From Sminthopsis crassicaudata (Eukaryota): a DNA stretch of 64,000 nt. Below, piece by piece: positions 22,990 through 33,690 of the stretch (the stretch's first letter is position 1; every line of letters begins with the position of its first letter). The DNA is taken from positions 639,508,558 to 639,572,557 of the forward strand of contig NC_133619.1 in the NCBI RefSeq assembly GCF_048593235.1, read 5' to 3'. The position numbers and the translations under genes were made by a program. The notes beneath the pieces were generated by a model. That model was not told the DNA's origin. It did no database searches and worked only from the letters and a program-made list of their open reading frames with translations.

Positions 22990-24330
22990 TTTTTTCAAAA
23001 AGGCAATCAGGGTTAAATGATTTGCTCAGGGTCACAAAGCCAGTAATTGTCAAATATCTAAACCTGGACTTTAACTCAGATTCTCCTGATTACGGGGCAC
23101 ATGCTCTATTCATTGTGCCAGGTAGTGATGATAAATAAAAATGTTTATCATATTTCTCAGATAATTCAATATCCTTTTAAAAAATAGCTTTTTATTTTCA
23201 AAATACATGCAAATAGTTTTCAACATTCACCCTTGCAAAACCTTGTGTTCCAAATTGTTCTCCCTTCCTCCCCAGCCTCTAGACAGCAAGCAATTGAGTA
23301 TGTTAAACATGTCCAATTCTTCTATACATATTTCCACATTTATTATGCTGCACAAGAAAAATCATCCAATATCCAAGAGGCACAGCTAACAGAAGACCAA
23401 AATATGAGCAAAATCCATTCTTCAATAAATAAGTGGTGAAAAAAAACAAGGACAAATGGTTCTTAGAACTGTGAAATGTTTGCCACCATATAAAAGAATG
23501 TCCCAAATCACTAACAAGAGTGCAATGGTGAATGTTGAAGACTATGTGTTTTGAAAATATAAGCTTTATATATAAAAAAGACACACTAATGCATTGTTGG
23601 TGGAGCTATGGTTGCTTTTCAACAGCGAGGTGATTCAGTCCAGTTCCAGTGGTCTTATGATGGAAAGAGCCCCAGAGAGACTATGGGGACTGGGTGTGGA
23701 TCATAACATGCCTTTTCACTTTTGTTGTTTGCTTGCACTTTTTCTTTCTCATTTTCCCCTTTTTCATCTGATTTTTTTTTGTGTGTGGCATGATAATTGT
23801 GGAAATATGTATAGAAGAATTACACGTTTAACATATATTGGATTGCTTGCCTTGTAGGAGAGAGAAGGGACAGAGAAAAAAATTTGTAACACAGGGTTTC
23901 ACAAGGGTGAATGTTGAAGACTATTCATGTGTTTTGAAAATAAAAAACTTTATTAAAAAAAAAAAGACAGGCATACTAATACATTGTTAGTGGAGCTGTG
24001 GTCACCAGTCTTAACCATTTTGGAAAGCATTTTCCATTTAGGGAATTTCAAAGTCCAAACCCTTTGACTCAGATGTTCCACTGTTTAGATATATATCCTA
24101 AGGGTAATTGATGAAAAGAACGTCCCCACAATACACTAAAATATTTATAGCAGCACTTTTGGTGAGGGCAAAGAATTGGAAACAAAGTTATTCCCCGTGG
24201 ATTAGGAAATGGCTGAACAAATTGTGGTCCACTTTTATAATGTTAAGTTGTGAAACAAGAACTAAAAAAATACACTGAATATTATTATGCAAAGACAAAT
24301 GAAATAAGCAAGTGGAGGTGCCACAAAACA
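22990..24330. mobile_element. Nested cluster: older SINE (-, about 22990-23125), L1 3' end (-, about 23140-23360), L1 3'UTR (+, about 23615-23965) and older L1 ORF2 pieces
   Basis: Recurrent L1 3'UTR motifs (ttcaacagcgaggtgattcag, gataattgtggaaatatgtatagaag) and a SINE motif. Confidence 0.65.
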
Positions 24331-24700
24331 AGAGCAAATCCCAAACCAGCATGGCCTCAGACAGGAGATGCAGACACCTCCCAGCGTTCCTTGCCGGGAG
24401 GGAGTAGGGGTGTGTCCACTGGTGTGTAATGACATGTTTTCATATTTACAAGTTTTCTGGTATTCCTGTTTTGGGGAGATTTTTCTCTCTCTTTAAAAAA
24501 ACTCCTTGTTATTTGGCTCTCTTGAAGAGGGGGAGCAAGATGGTTATGGGAGGAAGTAAAGTGACTTTGAAAGTAAAAAAAAAATCAAATTCATTTTAAA
24601 AAGAAAAAATAAAAAGAGTATGAGCTCTTTGAGGGCAGGACCTGCTTTTGCCTTTATTTCCTTCTCCTGTTGGGACCAGAAACCCCGAAGGTCTCTTCCC

Positions 24701-24703
<3 letters not shown>

Positions 24704-24761
<58 letters not shown>
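24704..24761. repeat. (TA)n microsatellite, about 29 units
   Basis: Pure TA run followed by poly-T. Confidence 0.97.
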
Positions 24762-24770
<9 letters not shown>

Positions 24771-25279
24771 TTTTAATTGGTGAAAGAGGCCATTTTCTGC
24801 CTCATTTCTTATCTGTCTCGATCCCTGAAGGGGCAGTGACTTCATGCAGAGTGAGACTTGTCAAAGTCCCGAGTTCTAAAAGACCAAGGTCTTCCAACAC
24901 AGCGGCGGCCATCTCCGGGCGTCCAGACCCGTGTCTGGCCACTGGACCCGGCTGATTCTGGAGGGACAAGCGAGGCAGGTGACTGCACCTCGCTAAAGCC
25001 AATTCACTTGCAGCTCTGTACCCCCTCCCGCTCTCAAGGTCGCCTTCTAGAAGGGAGGAAAAACAATCTCCAGGACTCCACACGGAGTCTGACTCGCAGG
25101 ACGTGCTTAATGAACGCTTGCTGATTGACGGAGGTTCCGAAAGGTTCCGAAAAGTTAGCAGCTGCCTAAAGCCATAGGCGTTTGGAGACGGGAACCCGGA
25201 TCGTCTCACCTCCGGAGCCAGCCTTCTCCTCGCTCTGCAGGGGAAGGGACCACTCTGGTTACACCCTAGAAACTTCAAG

Positions 25280-26010
25280 AGTCTCCCTCTCCCCAGCATC
25301 CCTCATAATTCCCCAATGTCTCTTTCCGCAGCTTTCCCCCGTAGCTTCCCAGGCTCCCTCTGGCTCTCTCAGGTCCCTCTCCCCAGCCTCCCCTGAGGCT
25401 TCCTAATGTTCCCTGTCCCCAACATCTCTCATAGTTCCCCAATGTCCCTCTCCCCAGCATCCCCCGAGGCATCTCAATGTTCCCTGTCCCCAATATCTCT
25501 CGTAGCTCTCCAAGGTCCTTCTCCTCCTCATCCTCCGAGGCTTCCTAATGCTCCCCCTCCTCATCTCTCATAGCTCCCCAGCATCTTTCCTAACTCCCCA
25601 AGGTCCCTCTCCCCAGCATCCCACGAGGCTTCCTAATGTTCCCTGTCCCCAACATCTCTCGTAGCTCCCCAAGGTCCCTCTCCCCAGCATCCCACGAGGC
25701 TTCCTAATGTTCCCTGTCCCCAACATCTCTCGTAGCTCCCCAAGGTCCCTCTCCCCAGCATCCCCTGAGGCTTCCTAATGCTTCCCATCTCTCATAGCTC
25801 CCCAAGGTCCCTCTCCCCAGCATCCCCCGAGGCATCCTAATGGTCCCTGTCCCCAACATCTCTCGTAGCTCCCCAAGGTCCCTCTCCCCAGCATCCCCCG
25901 GAGGCATCCTAATGGTCCCTGTCCCCAACATCTCTCGTAGCTCCCCAAGGTCCTTCTCCTCACCATCCTCCGAGGCTTCCTAATGCTCCCTCTCCCCGTA
26001 CCCCTCTAGG
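25280..26010. repeat. C-rich minisatellite with a 71-bp dimeric unit immediately upstream of the SLC1A5 promoter
   Basis: aaggtccc recurs at 25600, 25671 and 25742 (period 71); the unit is two related halves of about 35 bp. Confidence 0.9.
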
Positions 26011-26029
26011 CCCCTCCCCCAGCGTTGTT

Positions 26030-27760
26030 GGTTCCACGTGTGCAGTCCGGGAGGATCCTGGGGCTGCGGAACCGTTGGGGGCCGTTGTGGACCGGTTGGT
26101 GCTTCTGGCGGGAAAACCTCTGGCTCTCGCCTTCCACCTCCTCGGCCGAGCCCCCCACAAGTCCCGCCCCGCGCATTGTTTTCCTCTCCCCCGCCCCCCA
26201 GCCCGGGAGTCGAGACTGGGCCCGGAAAAGGGGGGGAGGGCGCGGAGCGCTCCTCGGCCAATCAGCGCCCCGGGGGCCCCGCCCCCGTGAGTGTGGGCGG
26301 GCCGGACTGGGGGCGGTCTCGGAGCCCGGGCTTAATCCCCGGGTTTCCTCGGTCCTGGCTCACTGGCTCTCGGAACGCCGGCTGTCGCGTCCCCTGCCCG
26401 ACGGGCGCCGCCTCCGCGCCGCAGCCGGCCAGCTGTGCGCTCCCGCGGACCCACGGGCCGGCCGGCCAGGAGCCCAGGCTCTCCCCGGGACCCCGCTGAC
26501 CGCAGGACTCGGAGGTCCCCGGCGCTGGGCTAGCGGGGCCGGGCGGTGGTCCCGGGAGCCCGGGCTTTGGTCTCCCTGCCCTCCCGGAGGCGGGAGGCTC
26601 GGAGCCCGGAGAAGAAGCAGCTCGCCTCCCCCAGGCGGTGGAGACCTGAGCCGGGCGTCCGGGGACCTCGAGGGAGCCGGCTCTCGGACCTCACGGAGCC
26701 CTCCGCGGCGCCCGGCCCCCGGCCCCGAGGACCCCAGGGGGCGGAGATGGTGGCCGAGAAGCTCCCCGGCAGCCCCAAGCGGGGCGCGGCCAACGGCGCG
26801 GGCCCCCCCAGCGCCGAGCCCTCGGGCTGCGGCGGGGGGCTGCGGGCGCCGCGGGTGCGCTCGTGCCTGCGCGCCAACCTGCTGGTGCTGCTGACCTTGG
26901 CCGGAGTGGCGGCCGGCGCGGCCGTGGGCTTGGCCGTGGCGCGCTGGGGGCCGCGCCTGAACCCCGCGCAGCTGGTGGCCTTCTCGTTCCCCGGCGAGCT
27001 CCTGTTGCGCCTGCTGCGCCTCATCATCCTGCCGCTCGTGGTGTGCAGCCTGGTGGGCGGCGCCGCCAGCCTGGACCCGGCCTCGCTCGGCCGCATGGGC
27101 GGCTGGGCGCTGCTCTTCTTCCTGCTCACCACGCTGCTGGCCTCGGCCCTGGGCGTCGGACTGGCCTTCGCCCTGAGCCCCGGAGTGGGCACGCAGGCCG
27201 GGGGGGCGCTGGGCGCGCAGCTGCCCCCCACCAAGGAGGTGCTCGACTCCTTCCTGGACCTCTTCAGGTAAGCGTCCGCCGCGGGCTCCGCGTGGGGCGG
27301 CTCTCTGCCACGTGGGGCCCGGATGTGGGCTCCCCCGCCATCTGTCCACTGGGTGAGCCGGCCGCCGCCCCGCCCCCGCCGGGGCTCCGCCGGGAGAACG
27401 TGGCTGAGCCCGGGAGTCTGGCCCAGGGAAGCGAGCGCAAGTTCGCCCTCTCCCGGCCCCTGGAGCCCCCTCCCCGCCGTCAGCGAGGGATGGACCGACC
27501 GGACAGGGCTCGCCCGGCGCCGTCCCTACCCCCCCTCCCCCCCGTTTGCCGGCCCAAGCCGGGATGCGCTTTGTGCTTTGCTCCTCCTGGGGGCGGGGGC
27601 GGGCCGGGCCCTTTCCAATGCTTCCCACCTGGCGGGGCGACTTTGGGGGGGGCGGAGGCTTTTCCCTCCAACCGCTTCCGTGGGGGTCAGCGCCCCTGAC
27701 TGGCCCGGGGAGCCGCCCGCCTGACCTTTTCCCCCGGCTCCAGCTGGAAGCCAAGCCCAG
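26030..27760 (+). promoter_or_regulatory. SLC1A5 promoter CpG island: E-boxes (26035-26040, 27309-27314), CCAAT (26258-26262), GC boxes
   Basis: Motifs read directly; the island spans exon 1. SLC1A5 is an established MYC target. Confidence 0.7.
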
Positions 27761-30700
27761 TCCTGGGGTTGGAGCAGGCACTTGGGTCCAGATCCCCCCC
27801 CCCCCCCCCCCCTCCGCCGATGATTCAGTATTTCTGTTTAGGGAAATGGAATGTTGGCTAGGAAAGAGCTGCCTTCTGGAGCCATTCGCTTAAGCTCTCT
27901 GAGCCTCCTCTCTGCCCGGGGAGGGAAGCTGAGGCCGGCCGGCGCTGGCGGCCCGAGGGCTCGGGGTAAAGGAGACAGTCTGGGGCGCACTTGGCATCCG
28001 GCCGCTCAGACCTCTCCTTCCTCTGCTCTGGAACTGGGGGCGGCTCGGCCTTCTGGGGCTCTGTTTACTCTGCCCAGTGGGCGCCCCAGGGCCCGGCCCA
28101 CAAGCAGGCGGCCCCAGATAACCCGGAGCGCCTGCGGTCTAATGATAAAGGGGGCAGGAGGGAGCTCAGGTAGAGGCACATCCGCCGCCCGGCCAGGGGC
28201 TGCTCATGCTCCCCCTCCCAGCACCCCCGACCCTGCCACAGGCCCCGGCGCCTTTTCTCCCCGGGGCTTAGAGAGCGTGGGGCTGCCTCCAGGGCGCGTA
28301 CCCTCCCCCACCGTGCACATTCTCACACACTCAGTCTTTTCATCTGTTCTNNNNNNNNNNNNNNNNNNNNNNNNNNNNNNNNNNNNNNNNNNNNNNNNNN
28401 NNNNNNNNNNNNNNNNNNNNNNNNNNNNNNNNNNNNNNNNNNNNNNNNNNNNNNNNNNNNNNNNNNNNNNNNNNNNNNNNNNNNNNNNNNNNNNNNNNNN
28501 NNNNNNNNNNNNNNNNNNNNNNNNNNNNNNNNNNNNNNNNNNNNNNNNNNNNNNNNNNNNNNNNNNNNNNNNNNNNNNNNNNNNNNNNNNNNNNNNNNNN
28601 NNNNNNNNNNNNNNNNNNNNNNNNNNNNNNNNNNNNNNNNNNNNNNNNNNNNNNNNNNNNNNNNNNNNNNNNNNNNNNNNNNNNNNNNNNNNNNNNNNNN
28701 NNNGAAGCTCTTTCCCTGACACATATCGGGGCCATCCCAGGAACAAAGCTCCCTGTGCAGTGTCTCCTGGGCAGCCATCTGTCCTGGGACAGGTGCTGGA
28801 GGGAGAGGAGGGTGACCTGCAGGGTGAGAGGGTGCTCGGCTCCCCTCCCCCACCCGTGGCTGGCCCAGCCATCTGTCTCGGAGGTGTCAGAGGGGCGCTT
28901 TTTCCCCTCCCATGCTCAGCCGTCTCGAGTTACGGAAACAAGTCTGTACAAAAGGCGCGTGTTCTTATACAGATGCACGCAGGTTTCCTGCTCACATGTG
29001 TGCATGTCTCCTGGAGGAAGGGTGGCTTGAGCCTCCGACCCACGAAAAGGGGATCTGCAGATTCCACTCTCGGTTCCCAGGGCGGGGGCCGCCCGCAGCC
29101 AAAGGGGGTTCAGGGGGTTCTTGGCGCTTCCTGCCAGCTTGCAGCTAATCAGACGCTTGCAGGAGAGGGGAGGGAGTGGTAGAGGGCACCAGGGAGCCGC
29201 GGGGGCTGCCCCAATCTAGGCCCTGTAGTCCAGAGCGGTTCCGGGCCCAGGAGGCCTCCTGTTTTTGTCAGCCTGCTACTTCCCTTTCCCCTTCTCTGTC
29301 ACTAACCCCAAGTTTCTCACACTTGGTCACCACGATCTCCCCCGCTCTGTGGGGTGGTGCTGGGGGGAGGGGCATGCGGGGAGGCCGCCCCCAGCCTGTC
29401 TCAGGAACACCTCCCCTCCCCTTAAACCCACAGCGCTGGGCCTGGTGTCCCCGGCTCTCTCCCCTCTCCCCACCTTTACCCCCTTTCCCCGGGCCTGGCT
29501 CCAGCATGGGACTGGACAGGGGCTGCCTTTTGTTTTGCTCCGCCCCCCCCCCTGCCCCATGGTGAAGATGCTCCTCACGGGCCTCCCCGGCCAGAGGGGA
29601 CAGCCTGATCCCAGCCTTCCTCTCGCCCTTCTTCCGCTGGGGTGACAGGGCCAACAGCCCCCCGAGAATGGGATGGGGGCCAGCGGGTGACTGGGCTGCG
29701 CGGGGAGTTCTCCTTTTGATTCCTCCGTACTCAACCATGTCTTTTTTTATAGGAATATCTTTCCAGATAACCTTGTGTCAGCTGCCTTCCGCTCCGTAAG
29801 TCTCAAGGGTCAAGGGAACGGGAGGGCGGGAGGGCGAAGAGTGGGCTCAGCAAATAACCTCCTGTTCTCCCCAATTCCTTTCTCCCCAGTATTCCACCGA
29901 GTACAAGCTGTATGAGACCAACATGACCATGACCACGATAAAGGTAAGGGGGGTGCTGGGATCTCCCCTCTTCTCCCCTCTCTCCTTCTGGGTCTCCTCA
30001 CTTTTTCTCCTTCCTCTCCCTTCTCTCCTTCTTTCCCTCCCTCTTCTTCCCTTCTCTCCTTCTTTCCCTCCCTCTTTCTTCTTCCCTTCTCTCCTTCTTT
30101 CCCTCCCTCTTTCTTCTTCCCTTCTCTCCTTCTTTCCCTCCCTCTTCTTCCCTTCTCTCCTTCTTTCCCTCCCTCTTCTTCCCTTCTCTCCTTCTTTCCC
30201 TCCCTCTTTCTCCTTCCCCCTCTCCTTTCTCCTATTTCCCTCTCTCCCTTTTTTTCTCCTTCCTCTCTTCATTTCCTCCCTTTCCCTTCTTCCCCTCTTC
30301 TTTTCTCTTTTCTTCCCTTTCCCCCTTCATCCTCTTTCTCTTCCCCTTCCCCTCTCCTTTCTCTTCTTTCTGTGACTTTTCTCTCCCTTTTTTCTCCTTC
30401 CCCTCTCTCTCCTTTCTCTCCTTCCTTTTTGTCTGCCTTTATCCCCTTTCCTTTTTCCTCCCCCCTTTTTTCTCTCCCCTCCTCCCCCACCGTCCTTTCC
30501 TTCTTCCCTCTTTCCCTCTTTTCTTCTCCCCCAAGCTCATCAATTGACTTTCCAGTGCTTTTCACTTTCTTGTTCAGTCGGCCTTGGACTGGGCTTCCCA
30601 GTGACTGTAAGGAAATCAGAGCAAAGCAAGTGGTGGGAGGAGGGTTTTTTGGAGGGGAGTTAGTGGAAACGAAGCGTGCCAGTTCTTGTCAAGTTGGGAA

Positions 30701-32920
30701 AGGCCGAGTGGTACTGGGGGGTCTGGATCCCACAGGCAGTGAGAAGACCCCTGGAATTCTGCCTTTCCTGAGATGAGCTGTCCCGTCCAGTCCACGTGGG
30801 CAGGCCCTGTGCATCTTCTCTTTCTGTCCTCCTTGGACCCAAGCTCGCGCCTGGCTCTGATGTGACTGAGGCTCGGCCTTTCCACCCACTGCTCCTCTCT
30901 ACAACCTTTCACCTTGGCTCCTCTCCCATGGTGCCTTTCTCTTCGTGGCCTGGGGCCTGGGGACTCCGAGGCGTTTGGGGGATGGCCGTGTCCAGCCCCA
31001 GCCCTGCTTATTTTGTGCACTCTGGAGGCGGCTCACCCCCATGGTGACAGTCCAGTTGCTCTTCCTTCTATTGAACCAGTTATAATTTCACCGGTCCTTC
31101 GCAACGCGACTAGAAGGTCACCTCCCCCAAGGAGGCTTTTTCGATTTTTTTCCTCCCTCACAGAGTCACCTTGTGGCGCACTCGTTCCAGGACCTCTCCC
31201 CGGGACGCCTTCTGTATGCAGCAGGTGCTTACTAATGGTACAACATACCTTTGTTTTGTCTCGATTTTCCCCGCCCCAGATCCCTGTTGGCAAGGAAGTG
31301 GAAGGGATGAACATTCTGGGACTGGTGGTGTTCGCCATGGTGCTTGGGGTTGCCCTCCGGAAGATGGGCGCAGAAGGGGAGCTGCTCATCCGCTTTTTCA
31401 ACTCCTTCAACGAGGCCACGATGATAATGGTGTCCTGGATCATGTGGTAGGCCTGTGGGGAGCGGGGCCTCCTGGAGGCGGGGGTCTGGCTCCCGGGGCG
31501 GGGGTGGAGAGGCTGAGGGGTGGGCCCTCACGGGGGAGGGGCCGCTTCTCGCTGCCCGCAGGTACGCCCCCGTGGGCATCATGTTCCTGATTGCGGGCAA
31601 GATCGTGGAGATGGAGGACGTGGGCCAGCTCTTTGCCAACCTGGGCAAGTACGTGGGCTGCTGCATCCTGGGGCACATCATCCACGGGCTGCTCGTGCTG
31701 CCCCTCATCTACTTCGTCATCACTCGCAAGAACCCTTACCGCTTCCTGTGGGGGATTGTGCCGGCCCTGGCCACCGCCTTCGGGACCTCCTCCAGGTAGG
31801 AAGCGGGGCCGTTTTCCTGTGCCTTCTGACAAAGGGCTCCGAGAGCCCCTGGGCTGCCAAGTGCAGCCGCTCCCGGGCGCTCCGGAACCCGAACCTCCCA
31901 CCCGAAGGCCGCATCTTCCGAGCCCCAGTGGCCTGCTGGCGAAAAGCCAAGAGGCCCGACTCGGCCGCCTGCCTTCTAGTGCGTCGGTCCGAGGCCCCGC
32001 GGGTCTTCTGAACTGGGGGTGGGGAGGCGGGCGGCCGGGGCAGAATCGGACCGGGCCGGACCGCCGGGACCCACTCCGGTACCCGTGCTTGTCTCCAGCT
32101 CGGCCACGCTCCCGCTGATGATGGAGTGTGTGGAGGAGAGAAACGGGGTCTCCAAACACATCAGCCGCTTCATCCTGCCCATCGGGGCCACGGTCAACAT
32201 GGACGGCGCCGCCCTCTTCCAGTGTGTGGCCGCCGTCTTCATTGCCCAGATGAACAACGTGCCCCTCAAGTTCATCCAAGTCCTCACCATCCTGTGAGCG
32301 GGGAGATCGGGGACTGGGGGCACGGGGCCTGAGGATGGGGGGGGGTGGAGCAGACGGGATGTGAGGGCGGGAGCCGGGGGAGGGGGGCTCATCTGGGGGT
32401 GGGGGCAGGGACCCGGCCGTGACTGGGGCTGACCCTTGAACCCTTCCCTGGGGCAGCATCACGGCCACTGCGTCCAGCGTGGGGGCGGCTGGCATCCCAG
32501 CAGGGGGCGTGCTGACCCTGGCTATCATCCTGGAGGCCATCAGTCTGCCCACCAAAGACATCTCCTTAATCCTGGCCGTGGACTGGCTGGTGTGAGTATG
32601 CCGTGGGTGGGGGTGGGAGTGGGGGAGGGGGTCGGGCGGCCTCCCGCGGGCGCTCACGCCTCCTCCTCTGGCCCCCCAGGGACCGCTTCTGCACCATCAT
32701 CAACGTGGAAGGGGACGCCTTTGGGGCCGGCCTGCTGCAGTGCTACGTGGACCACGACGGGGCGGGCCCGGGCGGGCCGGAGCCCGAGCTGGCCGAGGTC
32801 AAAGACGTGGCCGCCGTGGTGGTGCTGCCCCCCGAGGCCGACCCCCTCATTCTGAGGAAAGTGCAGTTTGGCGGCCCCGCGGGGGACACGGGCGCCTGTG
32901 AGAAGGAGTCGGTCATGTAG
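26747..32920 (+). CDS. SLC1A5: Neutral amino acid transporter B(0)/ASCT2, 529 aa. Exons: 26747-27267, 29753-29795, 29890-29943, 31280-31446, 31562-31795, 32099-32293, 32457-32591, 32680-32920
   Basis: Spliced frame is open (1590 nt). Motifs [60 protein letters not shown] and C-terminal KESVM; exon structure matches SLC1A5; synteny with FKRP and AP2S1. Confidence 0.97.
28351..28703. other. Assembly gap (353 N) in SLC1A5 intron 1
   Basis: Run of n. Confidence 1.
29960..30530. repeat. CT-rich polypyrimidine low-complexity tract in SLC1A5 intron 3
   Basis: Almost only C/T with recurring ttctctccttctttccctccctc units. Confidence 0.95.
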
Positions 32921-33125
32921 GCCCGGGGCCAGCTCCCGAGGGCTCGCGGACATCCTTTGTGGACGGCCGGGCCCTCCCTTTCTGGCCGCTGCGGGGGCTC
33001 TCCCTCCCTAGTGTTCTGGGCGAGGGGACGGCCCTGGGGCCCTGACCACCAGGTCCGGACACGGCTGGACTGAGCGGGAACACTCTGGCTGCCTTTGAGC
33101 TGCCCGGGGACCCCAGATGGACACT

Positions 33126-33144
33126 CGGCGCCCCCTGCTGACCG
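33126..33144 (-). promoter_or_regulatory. CTCF motif in the SLC1A5 3'UTR
   Basis: Minus strand CGGTCAGCAGGGGGCGCCG versus consensus TGGCCACCAGGGGGCGCTA. Confidence 0.55.
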
Positions 33145-33288
33145 GTCTGGTGTCTCCTCCCACCTCCCCGTGCCCGGGACAGCCAGGGCCCGAGCGACAG
33201 CGCCATCAGAGAGCGGGGGAGGGGAGCAGACTGGCGGGCCTCCTCCCTGGCGTTGGGCCCAGCGGCTGGGGAGGGGCGGGTCTGAGGC

Positions 33289-33294
33289 AATAAA
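33289..33294 (+). terminator. SLC1A5 polyadenylation signal
   Basis: AATAAA about 370 nt after the stop, followed by GT-rich sequence. Confidence 0.8.
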
Positions 33295-33471
33295 TGTGTG
33301 TCTAACCGTCCTCTGGCTCCTGTGCTATGTGGGGGACCTGTCGGGACGGAGCCCACTGGGCCTGGGGAGCTGAAGACCAAGGACTGAGGCGCAGGCGGAG
33401 CCCCTGCCCCCCCAGCCCGGGGGTCCCTCTTTCTCCCCAGGCCCCCTCCAGCAGCCCCAGGAGTTGGGGGA

Positions 33472-33487
33472 CAGCGCCCCCTGGTGG
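33472..33487 (-). promoter_or_regulatory. Consensus CTCF motif between the SLC1A5 and FKRP polyA sites
   Basis: Minus strand CCACCAGGGGGCGCTG equals the core consensus. Confidence 0.75.
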
Positions 33488-33549
33488 TGGAAGGGATCCG
33501 AACCACACACACACACACAGTCTGGGCCAGCCCGGTAGCAGGGGGGTCT

Positions 33550-33555
33550 TTTATT
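33550..33555 (-). terminator. FKRP polyadenylation signal
   Basis: TTTATT on plus (AATAAA on minus) about 135 nt after the FKRP stop; (TG)n downstream element on minus at about 33503-33519. Confidence 0.65.
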
Positions 33556-33690
33556 GCTTCCCTTGCCCTGTCTCCCTCCCCGCGACCCCCCCCCATTCCT
33601 GGACGGCCTCCATCCTCTCCATGCACGACTGAGACTCGGTCTCTTCCGCTGCTCCGGGCGAGCCCCCCGAGGGCCGGCCGCTGGCGCCCC

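Noticed and set aside
26025-27781. Several long ORFs (289-473 aa) over the SLC1A5 CpG island
   Set aside because: P/G/R/A-rich translations expected from very high GC; only the MVAEK frame is homologous to a known protein.
27851-29182. 443-aa ORF
   Set aside because: Artefact of reading through the 353-N gap.
29847-30776. R/E/G/K-rich and S/L/F/P-rich ORFs
   Set aside because: Products of the CT-rich low-complexity tract.
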